Source: Armatimonadota bacterium (lineage in GTDB: Bacteria > Armatimonadota > Zipacnadia > Zipacnadales > UBA5352). From it: a stretch of DNA of 41,998 nt. The translations under genes and the position numbers were made by a program. Shown here piece by piece: positions 1 to 9,145 of the stretch (position 1 is its first letter; every line of letters starts with the position of its first letter). Under the pieces are notes generated by a model. The model made no database searches and had not been told where the DNA came from. It saw nothing but the letters and a program-made list of their open reading frames with translations. The DNA is taken from assembly GCA_046540615.1 (NCBI GenBank), contig JBKHFA010000003.1, positions 1 to 41,998 on the forward strand. Direction: 5' to 3'.

Positions 1-162
1 GTGACCGCTCCCGGAGCGGGGTTCGACGTGCAAACCAACAGGGTGACGCTGATCGATGTCATCGGGCGCGAAACAAACCTGCCGCTGATGAGTAAGCGAG
101 ACGTTGCCGCTGCAGTCCTGGACCGGGCCGGGGAACTCATCGAGAGCAGGGAGAGCCAGTGA
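1..162 (+). CDS. coaBC: Bifunctional phosphopantothenoylcysteine decarboxylase/synthetase, C-terminal fragment (5' end outside window)
   Basis: Frame 1 reads VTAPGAGFDVQTNRVTLID...LPLMSKRDVAAAVLD to TGA at 160-162, the typical CoaB C-terminus; coaBC-metK-priA-def-fmt is a common gene order. Confidence 0.85.
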   Translation: MTAPGAGFDVQTNRVTLIDVIGRETNLPLMSKRDVAAAVLDRAGELIESRESQ

Positions 163-198
163 CACTCCGGTTGCGATCATCCCAAGGAGGAGACGCGC

Positions 199-1344
199 GT
201 GTCTAAGTCATGGCAGTTCACGTCAGAGTCGGTGACCGAAGGTCATCCCGACAAGATGTGCGATCAGATCTCAGATGCGGTCCTCGATTACGTGATGAAG
301 GAGGATCCGACCGGTCGCGTGGCGATCGAGACGCTGGTTACGACGGGCACCTGCGTGGTTGCGGGCGAGATGACGACCGACTGCTACGTCCCGGTGGACG
401 ACGTCGCGCGCGAGGTGATCGCCGACATCGGCTACACCCGCGCGAAATACGGCTTCGACTCGGAGACGGTCGGCGTGCTGACCGCGATTCACTCGCAGTC
501 GCCCGACATTGCAGCCGGCGTGGACACAGGTGGCGCCGGCGACCAGGGCATGATGTTCGGATTCGCCTGCGACGAGACGGAGACGTACATGCCGATGCCG
601 ATCCATCTTGCGCATCGGCTTGCCGAACGTCTCGCCTACGTGCGCAAGACCGGCGAACTGTCCTACCTGCGCCCTGACGGGAAGACGCAGGTGACGATGC
701 GCTACGAGGATGATCGACCGGTCGAGGTCACGAAGATACTCCTCGCGGCCCAGCACAAGCGCGGGATGAATCAGGACGACATCCGCGCGGACCTCATTCA
801 GTTCGTGGTGGAGCCGGTGATCCCGAAGTCAATGTGCGCGGAGGGCTTTGACTGCTTCGTCAACCGGACCGGCATCTTCGAGGTCGGCGGGCCGCAGGCC
901 GACAGTGGCGTGACCGGCCGCAAAATCATCGTTGACACCTACGGCGGCTACGCTCGCCATGGCGGCGGCGCGTTCTCGGGCAAGGACCCGACGAAGGTTG
1001 ACCGATCAGGCGCGTACTTCACGCGCTACGTCGCCAAGAACGTGGTCGCGGCGGGCCTGGCGAAAAGGTGTGAGATCGAGGTCTCCTACGCGATCGGCGA
1101 CCCGGATCCTTTCTCCATCTCCGTGTTCTGCTTCGGGACGGAGAACATCCCGGAGGAGCAGATTGAGAAGATCATCAGGGACAACTTCGACTTCTCACCG
1201 CGCGGGATGATCGAGAAGCTCGATCTGCGGCGGCCGATCTACCGCAAGACCGCGGCATACGGGCACTTCGGACGCGACGACAAGGACTTCACATGGGAGC
1301 GCCTCGACGCAGTGGAGATGCTGAAGGAAGAGGCGGGACTTTGA
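199..1344 (+). CDS. metK: S-adenosylmethionine synthetase
   Basis: [19 protein letters not shown] and GGGAFSGKD signatures; AAGGAGG SD before GTG. Confidence 0.98.
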   Translation: MSKSWQFTSESVTEGHPDKMCDQISDAVLDYVMKEDPTGRVAIETLVTTGTCVVAGEMTTDCYVPVDDVAREVIADIGYTRAKYGFDSETVGVLTAIHSQSPDIAAGVDTGGAGDQGMMFGFACDETETYMPMPIHLAHRLAERLAYVRKTGELSYLRPDGKTQVTMRYEDDRPVEVTKILLAAQHKRGMNQDDIRADLIQFVVEPVIPKSMCAEGFDCFVNRTGIFEVGGPQADSGVTGRKIIVDTYGGYARHGGGAFSGKDPTKVDRSGAYFTRYVAKNVVAAGLAKRCEIEVSYAIGDPDPFSISVFCFGTENIPEEQIEKIIRDNFDFSPRGMIEKLDLRRPIYRKTAAYGHFGRDDKDFTWERLDAVEMLKEEAGL

Positions 1345-3908
1345 CGGACAGCCCCGATCAGCCCCGGCTCTTCGACGCCGGGCCATCCGACGACGGCGAC
1401 GAGGTGGACGCGCCCTCGAAGCCCCAGGGCGAAGCGAGTTGTTTCGCCCGGGTGGTCGTGGATCAGGCGGGACGAGGGCTGGAGCGCGAGTACACGTACT
1501 CAGTGCCTGCCCACCTCGAGAGCGATCTCCAGGTGGGCAGCTACGTTCTTGTACCCTTCGGGCGGCGCAGGCTGTCGGGATGGGTGGTCAGCTTCACCAA
1601 CGAGCGCCCCGGCTTTCGTGTGAAGGACGTGATCGGCACTCTCGTGGACGATCCCGTCTTCGATGAGCGCGGCCTTGAACTCGCGCGATGGATGTCCGGA
1701 CACTACCTTGCGAGCCTGCGGGACTGCCTGCGCTGCCTGCTTCCGCCGGGTGCGGCGCGCGAGCCGGAGACGCTCATCTCATTGACCGACGAGGGGCGCC
1801 AGGTGGGGCCTGGCCTGCTTTCAAGCGCTCCGCGGCAGCAGCAGGTCTTCGAGGCGCTGGTGGGGATGGGACAGGACGAGGTGCGGCTGGCGGACCTGAC
1901 GGCCGCGCTCGAACGCGAGGACAACTCCGCGACGCGAGCGATCGTGGCTTCCGCGGTGCGATCACTCGAGGAGCGCGGTCTCGCGCGGGTGCGCCGCAGC
2001 CTCGGGCGCCCGAGAGTCACGGAGAGGACGCAGCAGGTGGCGCGCCTCAGCGACGAGCGCGACTGGGACGAGGTGCTCGAGGAGATCGGCGCGCGCGCCC
2101 CGCGCCAGGCGGAAACGATCGAGGAGCTTCGGGCGGCAGACGTCGGCCTGCTGGTGGCGGATCTGAGCCGGAGCGCGGTCGCTGCGCTCGAGGAAAAGGG
2201 GCTCGTGACCGTCTCGGAGGAGCGTATTGATCGCAGACCCGAGGCCGCCGGGACCGAGGGCGAGGAGAAGGAGTTTCTCTGCCTCACCGATGCGCAGCAG
2301 CGCGCGTTCGACCGTGTGGACCGCGCGCTCGATGCCCGGGAATACGAGGGCCTCGTTCTGCACGGCGTGACCGGGTCCGGGAAGACGGAGGTCTACCTTC
2401 ATGCGATTGACTCGGCGCTCAGGCGCGATCGGGGAGCGATCGTGCTGGTGCCCGAGATCTCGCTTACCCCGCAGATGGTCGGGCGGTTCGAGGCGCGTTT
2501 CGGCGAGCGACTGGCGCTGCTGCACAGTCAGATGGGGGTGGGAGAGCGTTACGACGAGTGGATGCGCGTGCAGCGGGGCGACGCGGACGTGGTGGTCGGC
2601 GCCCGCTCCGCGATTTTCGCGCCGGTTGACGACATCGGCGTGATCGTGATCGACGAGGAGCATGAGCGCGCGTACAAGCAGGATGCGCCGCCGCGCTATC
2701 ACGCCGTGGAGGTCGCGCGCAGGCGGGCGCAGCATCACAATGCGGTGCTTGTGCTCGGCAGCGCGACCCCGTCGCTTGAGAGCTACCATGAAGCACATGA
2801 GGGCAGCGGAGACCTCACGCTGTGTGACCTGCCGGAGCGCATTGACGACCGACCGCTGCCGGCGGTGGAGATCGTGGACCTGCGCGGTGAGACGCTGATG
2901 GGGAAGGGCGGGACCTTCAGCCAGCGGTTGCTCGACGCCCTGGCGAACTGCCTGGAGCGCGGCGAGCAGGCAATGCTTTTCCTTAACCGGAGGGGCTTTT
3001 CCACCTTCGTGCTGTGCCGCGAGTGCGGGTTCACGCTGAAGTGCCGCGACTGCTCGGTGTCACTGATCTACCATCACGGCTCGCGGGAGATGCGCTGCCA
3101 CCACTGCGACTTTCATCTCCCGATGCCTGACGTGTGCCCGTCCTGCGAGTCGGAGGACATCGGATACAAGGGCCTCGGAACTGAGCGGGTGGCCGACCAG
3201 GTGACGCGCGAATTCGAGGATGCGCGGGTGCTTCGGATGGATCGAGACACCACCTCGCGCAAGGGGGCGCACGCCGATATCCTGCGCCGCTTCGGGCGCG
3301 GGGAGGCGAACGTCCTGATCGGCACGCAGATGATCGCCAAGGGGCACGACTTCCCCAACGTGACGCTGGTCGGCGTACTCAACGCGGACACGGGGTTGAA
3401 CCGCCCGGATTTCCGCGCCTCTGAGGCGACCTTTCAGCTTTTGACTCAGGTGGCGGGGCGCGCCGGCCGCGCGGAGAAGCCCGGACGGGTGCTGGTGCAG
3501 ACGTACAACCCTTCGCACGTGGCCATCGTCAGCGCATCCCGCCACGACTACGCGTCATTCTACCATCATGAGCTTGAAAAGCGTCGCGAGAACATGTATC
3601 CTCCCTTTGCGCGATTGATCAATCTGACCGTCAGTCACGAGGATGAGGATGCCGCTTTGCAGCTCGCCCGAAGAGTGGCGCATGAGTTGCAGAGCCGCGG
3701 TCTCAAGCATGAGCGACGCGCGCCGATGCAGTTCCTTGGGCCTGCGCCCGCCCCGCTCGCGCGATTGCGGCGGCAGTGGCGCTATCATCTGCTGCTGAAA
3801 GGCGAGCGGATCGAGCAGTTGAGAGACGCTCTGCTGGAGGCGCTCGAGGCGCTGGGCGATGATGCGGCGCATGTGACGGCTGACGTGGATCCGCTTGACA
3901 TGATGTGA
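1341..3908 (+). CDS. priA: Primosomal protein N' (replication restart helicase)
   Basis: [24 protein letters not shown], four CxxC Zn ligand pairs, [12 protein letters not shown]-terminal DVDP; start placed at the TTG overlapping the metK stop. Confidence 0.97.
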   Translation: MTDSPDQPRLFDAGPSDDGDEVDAPSKPQGEASCFARVVVDQAGRGLEREYTYSVPAHLESDLQVGSYVLVPFGRRRLSGWVVSFTNERPGFRVKDVIGTLVDDPVFDERGLELARWMSGHYLASLRDCLRCLLPPGAAREPETLISLTDEGRQVGPGLLSSAPRQQQVFEALVGMGQDEVRLADLTAALEREDNSATRAIVASAVRSLEERGLARVRRSLGRPRVTERTQQVARLSDERDWDEVLEEIGARAPRQAETIEELRAADVGLLVADLSRSAVAALEEKGLVTVSEERIDRRPEAAGTEGEEKEFLCLTDAQQRAFDRVDRALDAREYEGLVLHGVTGSGKTEVYLHAIDSALRRDRGAIVLVPEISLTPQMVGRFEARFGERLALLHSQMGVGERYDEWMRVQRGDADVVVGARSAIFAPVDDIGVIVIDEEHERAYKQDAPPRYHAVEVARRRAQHHNAVLVLGSATPSLESYHEAHEGSGDLTLCDLPERIDDRPLPAVEIVDLRGETLMGKGGTFSQRLLDALANCLERGEQAMLFLNRRGFSTFVLCRECGFTLKCRDCSVSLIYHHGSREMRCHHCDFHLPMPDVCPSCESEDIGYKGLGTERVADQVTREFEDARVLRMDRDTTSRKGAHADILRRFGRGEANVLIGTQMIAKGHDFPNVTLVGVLNADTGLNRPDFRASEATFQLLTQVAGRAGRAEKPGRVLVQTYNPSHVAIVSASRHDYASFYHHELEKRRENMYPPFARLINLTVSHEDEDAALQLARRVAHELQSRGLKHERRAPMQFLGPAPAPLARLRRQWRYHLLLKGERIEQLRDALLEALEALGDDAAHVTADVDPLDMM

Positions 3909-3948
3909 CGGAATATACGAATGTCTTTTTCAGTGAGGAATCAGGCTG

Positions 3949-4518
3949 ATGGCCGTGCGAGGTATTGTGTATTGCGGTGACCCTGTCCTGCGGCGGAAGG
4001 CGTCGCGGGTGCGCAGGATTGACGATGAGATATGCTCCCTGCTCGACGACATGGCGGAGACGATGCTTGAAAACGAGGGTCTTGGCCTCGCGGCTGCGCA
4101 GGTGGGGGAATCCGCGGCGGTCGCGGTGGTTCGCCGCGGTGCTGAGAGTAATGACGTGATCGAACTGATAAACCCTCGCATCGTCGGGCGCGAGGGTGAG
4201 GAGAGAGGCATGGAGGGCTGTCTCAGTCTGCCGACGCTGCGCGGCGAGGTCGTTAGACCGGCCCGCGTGGTGGTGGAAGCAGTCGATCGCGAGGGCGAAG
4301 AGATCGCGGTCGAGGGTGAGGGAATGATGGCGCGCTGTCTCGCTCACGAACTCGATCACCTCGCGGGAAGACTCTTCATCGACGAAGTGGAGGCCGAGAG
4401 CCTCTGCTGGCTTCGGCCGGATGAGCGTGAGGAGTCGGGCTACCGCTCAGAGCCCACCACCCTGGAGGAAGCGGAAGCGGCGTTCGAGCGTCTCAGGCAG
4501 CAGCGAGAGGGAGCCTGA
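3949..4518 (+). CDS. def: Peptide deformylase
   Basis: GLGLAAAQ, EGCLS and HELDH motifs. Confidence 0.96.
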   Translation: MAVRGIVYCGDPVLRRKASRVRRIDDEICSLLDDMAETMLENEGLGLAAAQVGESAAVAVVRRGAESNDVIELINPRIVGREGEERGMEGCLSLPTLRGEVVRPARVVVEAVDREGEEIAVEGEGMMARCLAHELDHLAGRLFIDEVEAESLCWLRPDEREESGYRSEPTTLEEAEAAFERLRQQREGA

Positions 4519-4522
4519 CCGG

Positions 4523-5461
4523 ATGCGAATCGCCTTCTTCGGCACGCCGCCGCCGGCGGTCGAGTACCTCGACGCCCTGGCGGAGGGCGAGCACGAGGTC
4601 GTGCTGGTGGTGACACAGCCGGACCGCCCGGCGGGGCGCGGACGTGAGATGCGGGCAAGTCCCGTGAAAGTGCGCGCTGAGGAGCTTGACCTGCCGGTCG
4701 TCACGCCGGAGGATGCGTCGGAGCAGGCGTTCATCGACCGGATGGCTGCCGCTGATCCTGAGCTTGGCGTGGTGGTGGCCTACGGCGAGATTCTCCGACC
4801 GAAGTTGCTTGAACTGCCGTCCGAGGGCTTCATCAACGTTCATTACTCACTTCTTCCCGAGTTGCGCGGCGCCGCACCGGTCTACGGAGCGCTGCGCAGG
4901 GGCCTGAAGCGAACCGGTGTAACGATTCAGCACATGGCCGAGAAACTTGATGCAGGCGACATCATCCTGCAGCGGGAGACAAAGATCGTTGACCGTGACA
5001 ACCGGGGTACGCTCACTGAGCGCCTGACGCAGATCGGCGTCACGGCGCTGCTGGATGCGATTGCGCTGATCGAGGCGGGCAACGCCCCTCGCGATGCGCA
5101 GGATGAGGCGATGTCAAGCTACGTGGGCCGCGTGCAGAGTGAGGACTGCCGGATCGACTGGTCGATGGCGGCCGAAGAGGTGCGGAATCTGGTGCGGGCA
5201 TGTACCCCCTGGCCGGGGGCGTGGTGCATGCTTGGTAATGATCGAGTGAAGGTGCAAGACCTGTCCGCGGTGCAAAATGTCTTAATAAATGAAGGGACTC
5301 CGGGAGAGATCGTCGAATTGCCCTCTGCAGCAGGGCCGGTCGTGCGCTGCGGGTGCGGTGCAGTGCAGCTTGAGCGGTTGCAGCCAGCGGGGAAGAGGGC
5401 GATGGCGGGGGAGGAGTTTCTTCGCGGCGCGAGGCTCGAGATCGGCGACGCTTTTGAGTGA
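4523..5461 (+). CDS. fmt: Methionyl-tRNA formyltransferase
   Basis: MRIAFFGTP, VVTQPDRPAGRG, INVHYSLLP..RGAAP, LDAGD; follows def; start trimmed to ATG 4523. Confidence 0.96.
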   Translation: MRIAFFGTPPPAVEYLDALAEGEHEVVLVVTQPDRPAGRGREMRASPVKVRAEELDLPVVTPEDASEQAFIDRMAAADPELGVVVAYGEILRPKLLELPSEGFINVHYSLLPELRGAAPVYGALRRGLKRTGVTIQHMAEKLDAGDIILQRETKIVDRDNRGTLTERLTQIGVTALLDAIALIEAGNAPRDAQDEAMSSYVGRVQSEDCRIDWSMAAEEVRNLVRACTPWPGAWCMLGNDRVKVQDLSAVQNVLINEGTPGEIVELPSAAGPVVRCGCGAVQLERLQPAGKRAMAGEEFLRGARLEIGDAFE

Positions 5462-5543
5462 CGACGGTCGGAGTCGCGAGGTCGTGCCGCTCCGAACACA
5501 CGCAGGCACAAATCACAGGCTCGGGCTCGGAGGACGCAACCTG

Positions 5544-5903
5544 ATGGCCGCCGACAGCGGAACACTGCAGCAGGCTCACGAGCATCGCATCAATGGCGAG
5601 TACGATGAGGCCATGGAGCTTTACTCACAGATACTCGATGAGGATCCGGAGCACGCTGAGGCTCTGTGGGGGATGGGCCTGTCACAGATGAACATCGGGG
5701 AATTTGACGAGGCCCTCGAGAAGATCAATCAGGCGGCTGAGATAGAGCCTGACAATCAGCTTTACCTCCTCGACGCGGGGAAGCATTACACGATGCTGGG
5801 CATGTACGATGAGGCGAAGCCTTACTTTGAGAGGGTCATCGAACTTGACGCCGCGTCCAAGCATGGCGCCGAGGCGCAGAAGCAACTTTCATACTACGAC
5901 TGA
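5544..5903 (+). CDS. Small tetratricopeptide-repeat protein
   Basis: Repeated helical units (GEYDEAMELY, GEFDEALEKI, GMYDEAKPYF); GGAGG SD upstream of ATG 5544. Confidence 0.85.
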   Translation: MAADSGTLQQAHEHRINGEYDEAMELYSQILDEDPEHAEALWGMGLSQMNIGEFDEALEKINQAAEIEPDNQLYLLDAGKHYTMLGMYDEAKPYFERVIELDAASKHGAEAQKQLSYYD

Positions 5904-5919
5904 GGCGGAGGGTGTAATA

Positions 5920-5960
5920 AGCCGGGCCCCGAGCAGGCGGAGACGCCCGCGGGTCCGGCT
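5920..5960 (+). promoter_or_regulatory. GC-rich stem-loop between the TPR gene and the ASKHA gene
   Basis: AGCCGGGCCC...GGGTCCGGCT outer stem, GGCG-GAGA-CGCC inner stem with a GNRA loop; no U-tract. Confidence 0.45.
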
Positions 5961-5968
5961 TCGATGAT

Positions 5969-7816
5969 ATGATCACCGTGAGCTTCAAGCCCGGTGGTGA
6001 GACCGGCGAGGTAGACGAGGGTATGACGATTCTCGCCGCGGCGGAATCGCTCGGTGTGTCGATCAACGCGCCGTGCGGTGGCCGAGGACGCTGTGGACGA
6101 TGTCGGGTCATTGCGGAGACGGGCTGCGCGGCGCCCACGCAGGCGGAGAATGATCTTCTCACCGGCGAAGAGTTGCGCAACGGTGTGCGCCTCGCCTGCG
6201 AGGCCGAACTGGTGGAGGACACGCAGATCATCCTTCCCAGCGACTCCCGCACGGTGCGGGGAAAGATACTCTCTGACGACGCTCGCGAGGAGCTTGCCCT
6301 CAACCCGAATGTAGTCGGGCAGAGCGTGCAGCTTGCTGAGCCGAGTCTCGAGGATCAGCGAAGTGACTTCGAGCGTGTGGCGGATGGTCTCGGGGTGCCG
6401 GCGAGCGAACTGAAGATTCATCGCGACGCCCTTGCCCAGCTTCCGGGCGCGTTGCGCGAGCATCAGTTTCATGTCGGCGTGATCCGGGTCGGCGACGTGG
6501 TTTCGGCGATCTGTGCGCCGGATGCCGATCCGTGCTGCCTGGGCGCCGCGGTTGACGTCGGCACCACGACGGTGGTGGCGTACCTTGTTGACATGCGCAC
6601 CGGAGAGCGGATCGCGACGGCGTCCGAACTCAACCCGCAGGCTCGGCACGGGCACGATCTGATCTCGCGCATTGAACATGTGCAGGGCGCCGCCGCGGGC
6701 CTCGACGATCTGCGGCGGCTGATCGTGGACCTGATCAACCGATTGCTGGCGGAAGCGGCCGCGGAGGCGGGCGTTCGGCGGCGGGATATCTACGAGGTGT
6801 CCGTCGTTGGCAACACCTGCATGCACCATCTCTTCCTTGGCCTCGATCCGCGACATCTCGCACACGCGCCCTACGTGCCGGTCACGCGGGAGCCGATCGA
6901 GATCTCGGCAGAGGAAGCGGGGCTTGCAATAAATCCGGCGGGCAACGTATACTGCCTGCCGGTCATCGCCGGCTTTGTCGGCGCCGACACGGTCGGCGTG
7001 TTGCTGACCTCGAGGATGACGGAGCGTGACCACGCGACACTTGCCATCGACATCGGCACTAACGGCGAGGTGATGCTCTGGGCCAACGGCCGTCTTCTCA
7101 CCACCTCATGTGCGGCCGGACCGGCTTTTGAGGGCGGCGAGATACGTCACGGCGTGCGCGCGGCGGATGGCGCCATCGAGCGCGTGTGGTTGCGTAACGG
7201 CAGCATCGGCTACGCGACGATCGGCGGCGCGCGGGCGAACGGGATCTGTGGATCAGGCATCTTCGACACCGTCGCGGCATTGCTTGACAGCGGCGCGGCG
7301 GACAGTAGCGGGAGACTTCTCACGGACGAGGCGGCCGCGAGCCTGCCCGCGGGGATCGGAAGGCGACTTCGAGGCGAAGGGGCCGACCGGGAGTTTGTGC
7401 TCGTTGAGGGTGAGGTGGGGAACGGCGAGATCACGTTCACACAAAAAGATTTGCGCGAGGTTCAACTGGCGAAAGGTGCTGTGCGGGCCGCGGTCGAATT
7501 GCTCTGTGCCGATGCGGGGATCGGCTGCGGAGAGATTGAGGAAGTGCTGCTCGCCGGTGCGTTTGGCAATTACATCGACCGGCGCAGCGCGCTTCGGATG
7601 GGCCTGCTGCCGGACGTGTCTCTCAAGCACATTCGGGGCATCGGAAATGCTGCAGGCGCGGGGGCACTGGCCGCTCTCCTGTCACTTGATGAGCGCAGGC
7701 GCGCGGCGGCCCTTGCTCGAAACGCCGAGCACATTGAGCTGATGGCGAATCCCCAGTTTCAACTGGTGTTCGCGGACAGCATGATGTTTCCTGACTCGGC
7801 GGGCGCGACGGTCTGA
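5969..7816 (+). CDS. ASKHA-family ATP-dependent reductive activator of corrinoid proteins (RACo/RamA-like, DUF4445) with N-terminal 2Fe-2S domain
   Basis: CGGRGRCGRC...RLAC ferredoxin motif; DVGTTT, NPQ..HGHDLISRI, GFVGAD, DIGTNGE, AAGPAFEG, GICGSG, AGAFG, GNAA; adjacent to a corrinoid protein. Confidence 0.92.
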   Translation: MITVSFKPGGETGEVDEGMTILAAAESLGVSINAPCGGRGRCGRCRVIAETGCAAPTQAENDLLTGEELRNGVRLACEAELVEDTQIILPSDSRTVRGKILSDDAREELALNPNVVGQSVQLAEPSLEDQRSDFERVADGLGVPASELKIHRDALAQLPGALREHQFHVGVIRVGDVVSAICAPDADPCCLGAAVDVGTTTVVAYLVDMRTGERIATASELNPQARHGHDLISRIEHVQGAAAGLDDLRRLIVDLINRLLAEAAAEAGVRRRDIYEVSVVGNTCMHHLFLGLDPRHLAHAPYVPVTREPIEISAEEAGLAINPAGNVYCLPVIAGFVGADTVGVLLTSRMTERDHATLAIDIGTNGEVMLWANGRLLTTSCAAGPAFEGGEIRHGVRAADGAIERVWLRNGSIGYATIGGARANGICGSGIFDTVAALLDSGAADSSGRLLTDEAAASLPAGIGRRLRGEGADREFVLVEGEVGNGEITFTQKDLREVQLAKGAVRAAVELLCADAGIGCGEIEEVLLAGAFGNYIDRRSALRMGLLPDVSLKHIRGIGNAAGAGALAALLSLDERRRAAALARNAEHIELMANPQFQLVFADSMMFPDSAGATV

Positions 7817-7926
7817 AACGGTATTCACAAGCGGCGTCAACGCGTGCCGGTGCGGGCGCGCTTCGCACGTAAACACAGGCGCATTTTCAACAGGATGTCT
7901 GCACATATCACGGGAGGTTCATCCAA

Positions 7927-8559
7927 ATGGCGGACCTGCAGGCACTGGCGGATGCTGTCATCAGTGGTCAGAAGGATGAGGCAGAGAAGCTCACCCAGGA
8001 GGCCATCGACGAAGGTGTCAAGCCCAGCACGATCATCAACGACGGACTGATCGCCGGGATGTCGGTGGTTGGTGAGAAGTTCAAGAACAACGAGTTCTAC
8101 GTGCCTGAGGTTCTCATTGCGGCACGGGCGATGCAGTCGGCGATGGGTCATGTCAAGCCGCTGCTCACCGAGGGTGAGATGGAGTCGAAGGGCAGAATCG
8201 TCATCGGCACTGTCAAGGGCGACCTGCACGACATCGGCAAGAACCTCGTTGCGATGATGCTCGAGGGTGGCGGCTACGACGTCATCGACCTCGAGGTCGA
8301 TGTTTCTCCCGAGGATTTCGTCAGCGCCGCGAGCGAGCAGGATGCCAACTGCATTGCTCTGTCCGCGCTGCTGACGACGACGATGCCGTCGATGAAGGAC
8401 ACCGTGGACGCGCTGGTTGAGGCCGGCCTGAAGGACCGGGTCAAGGTCGTAATCGGCGGCGCCCCCGTGACGCAGTCGTATGCGGAGGAGATCGGCGCTG
8501 ACGGATATGCGCCGGACGCGGCCTCGGCCGTTGACAAGGTTGCAGAGTTGCTCGCGTAG
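7927..8559 (+). CDS. Stand-alone corrinoid (cobalamin-binding) protein, MtaC/MttC-like cap plus B12-binding domains
   Basis: GDLHDIGKNLV (DxHxxG), SALLTTT, IGGAPVT, GADGYAPDA; N-terminal cap with EFYVPEVL; GGAGG SD. Confidence 0.95.
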   Translation: MADLQALADAVISGQKDEAEKLTQEAIDEGVKPSTIINDGLIAGMSVVGEKFKNNEFYVPEVLIAARAMQSAMGHVKPLLTEGEMESKGRIVIGTVKGDLHDIGKNLVAMMLEGGGYDVIDLEVDVSPEDFVSAASEQDANCIALSALLTTTMPSMKDTVDALVEAGLKDRVKVVIGGAPVTQSYAEEIGADGYAPDAASAVDKVAELLA

Positions 8560-8586
8560 TTGCCTGCTGTGACCCGCACGTGAAAC

Positions 8587-8629
8587 GCGGCAGCCGTCGC
8601 CGTGCCCGTGAGGCGGCGATGGCTGCTGT
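8587..8629 (+). terminator. Long hairpin after the corrinoid gene, probable terminator
   Basis: GCGGCAGCCGTCGCCGT / GCGGCGATGGCTGCTGT inverted repeat with G-U pairs; weak U-tract. Confidence 0.55.
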
Positions 8630-8672
8630 GTGCTGACAGCGCCCCGGTCGTTCTCTCGGAGAGTGAAGTCAG

Positions 8673-9092
8673 ATGCCTGTTGTGCCCGTCATCATGCTGC
8701 TTGTCTCGATCTCGCTTGGAGCGGCGGGGCAGATATGCCTGAAATACGGTGTTTCGCTGCTGGGAGAGGGCGCGTCGCCGCTGGCAATCATCAAGGGCAT
8801 CCTCACCCCGTATGTGTTCGGTGGGTTTGTGCTTTACGGCCTGAGTTCGCTGGTCTACCTGAACGTGCTGTCGAAGCTGGACCTCAGCTACGCCTACCCC
8901 TTCGTGGCCTTGAGTTTCGTGATCGTCACTCTGCTTTCGTGGTATCTGCTTGATGAAACCCTTCCGCTGCTGCGGTTGATCGGTCTGGCGCTGATTCTGG
9001 CCGGTGTGTTCACCGTCGCCGCGAGCTATCGTGCTGAGGCGGCTCAGTCTCGCGCGGCGATCCAGGCGCCCACCGACCCCGGCGTGACCTGA
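8673..9092 (+). CDS. Small 4-TM EamA/SMR-type transporter, ArnE/ArnF-like lipid-linked sugar flippase
   Basis: GQICLKYG and LDLSYAYPFVALSFV motifs; four hydrophobic segments; directly upstream of GT-C genes. Confidence 0.75.
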   Translation: MPVVPVIMLLVSISLGAAGQICLKYGVSLLGEGASPLAIIKGILTPYVFGGFVLYGLSSLVYLNVLSKLDLSYAYPFVALSFVIVTLLSWYLLDETLPLLRLIGLALILAGVFTVAASYRAEAAQSRAAIQAPTDPGVT

Positions 9093-9109
9093 CTTCGGAC
9101 GGCTCTGCT

Positions 9110-9138
9110 TTGTGCGCGGGGGCGCATTGGCGTATAAT
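9110..9138 (+). promoter_or_regulatory. Putative sigma70-type promoter, possibly giving a leaderless mRNA
   Basis: TTGTGC-N17-TATAAT; ATG at 9146 lies 7 nt after the -10 with no SD. Confidence 0.55.
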
Positions 9139-9145
9139 CGGGGCC

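Noticed and set aside
8557-8559. Pyrrolysine read-through at the corrinoid gene TAG
   Set aside because: The protein is already full length, a hairpin follows, and no pyl or methylamine methyltransferase genes are present
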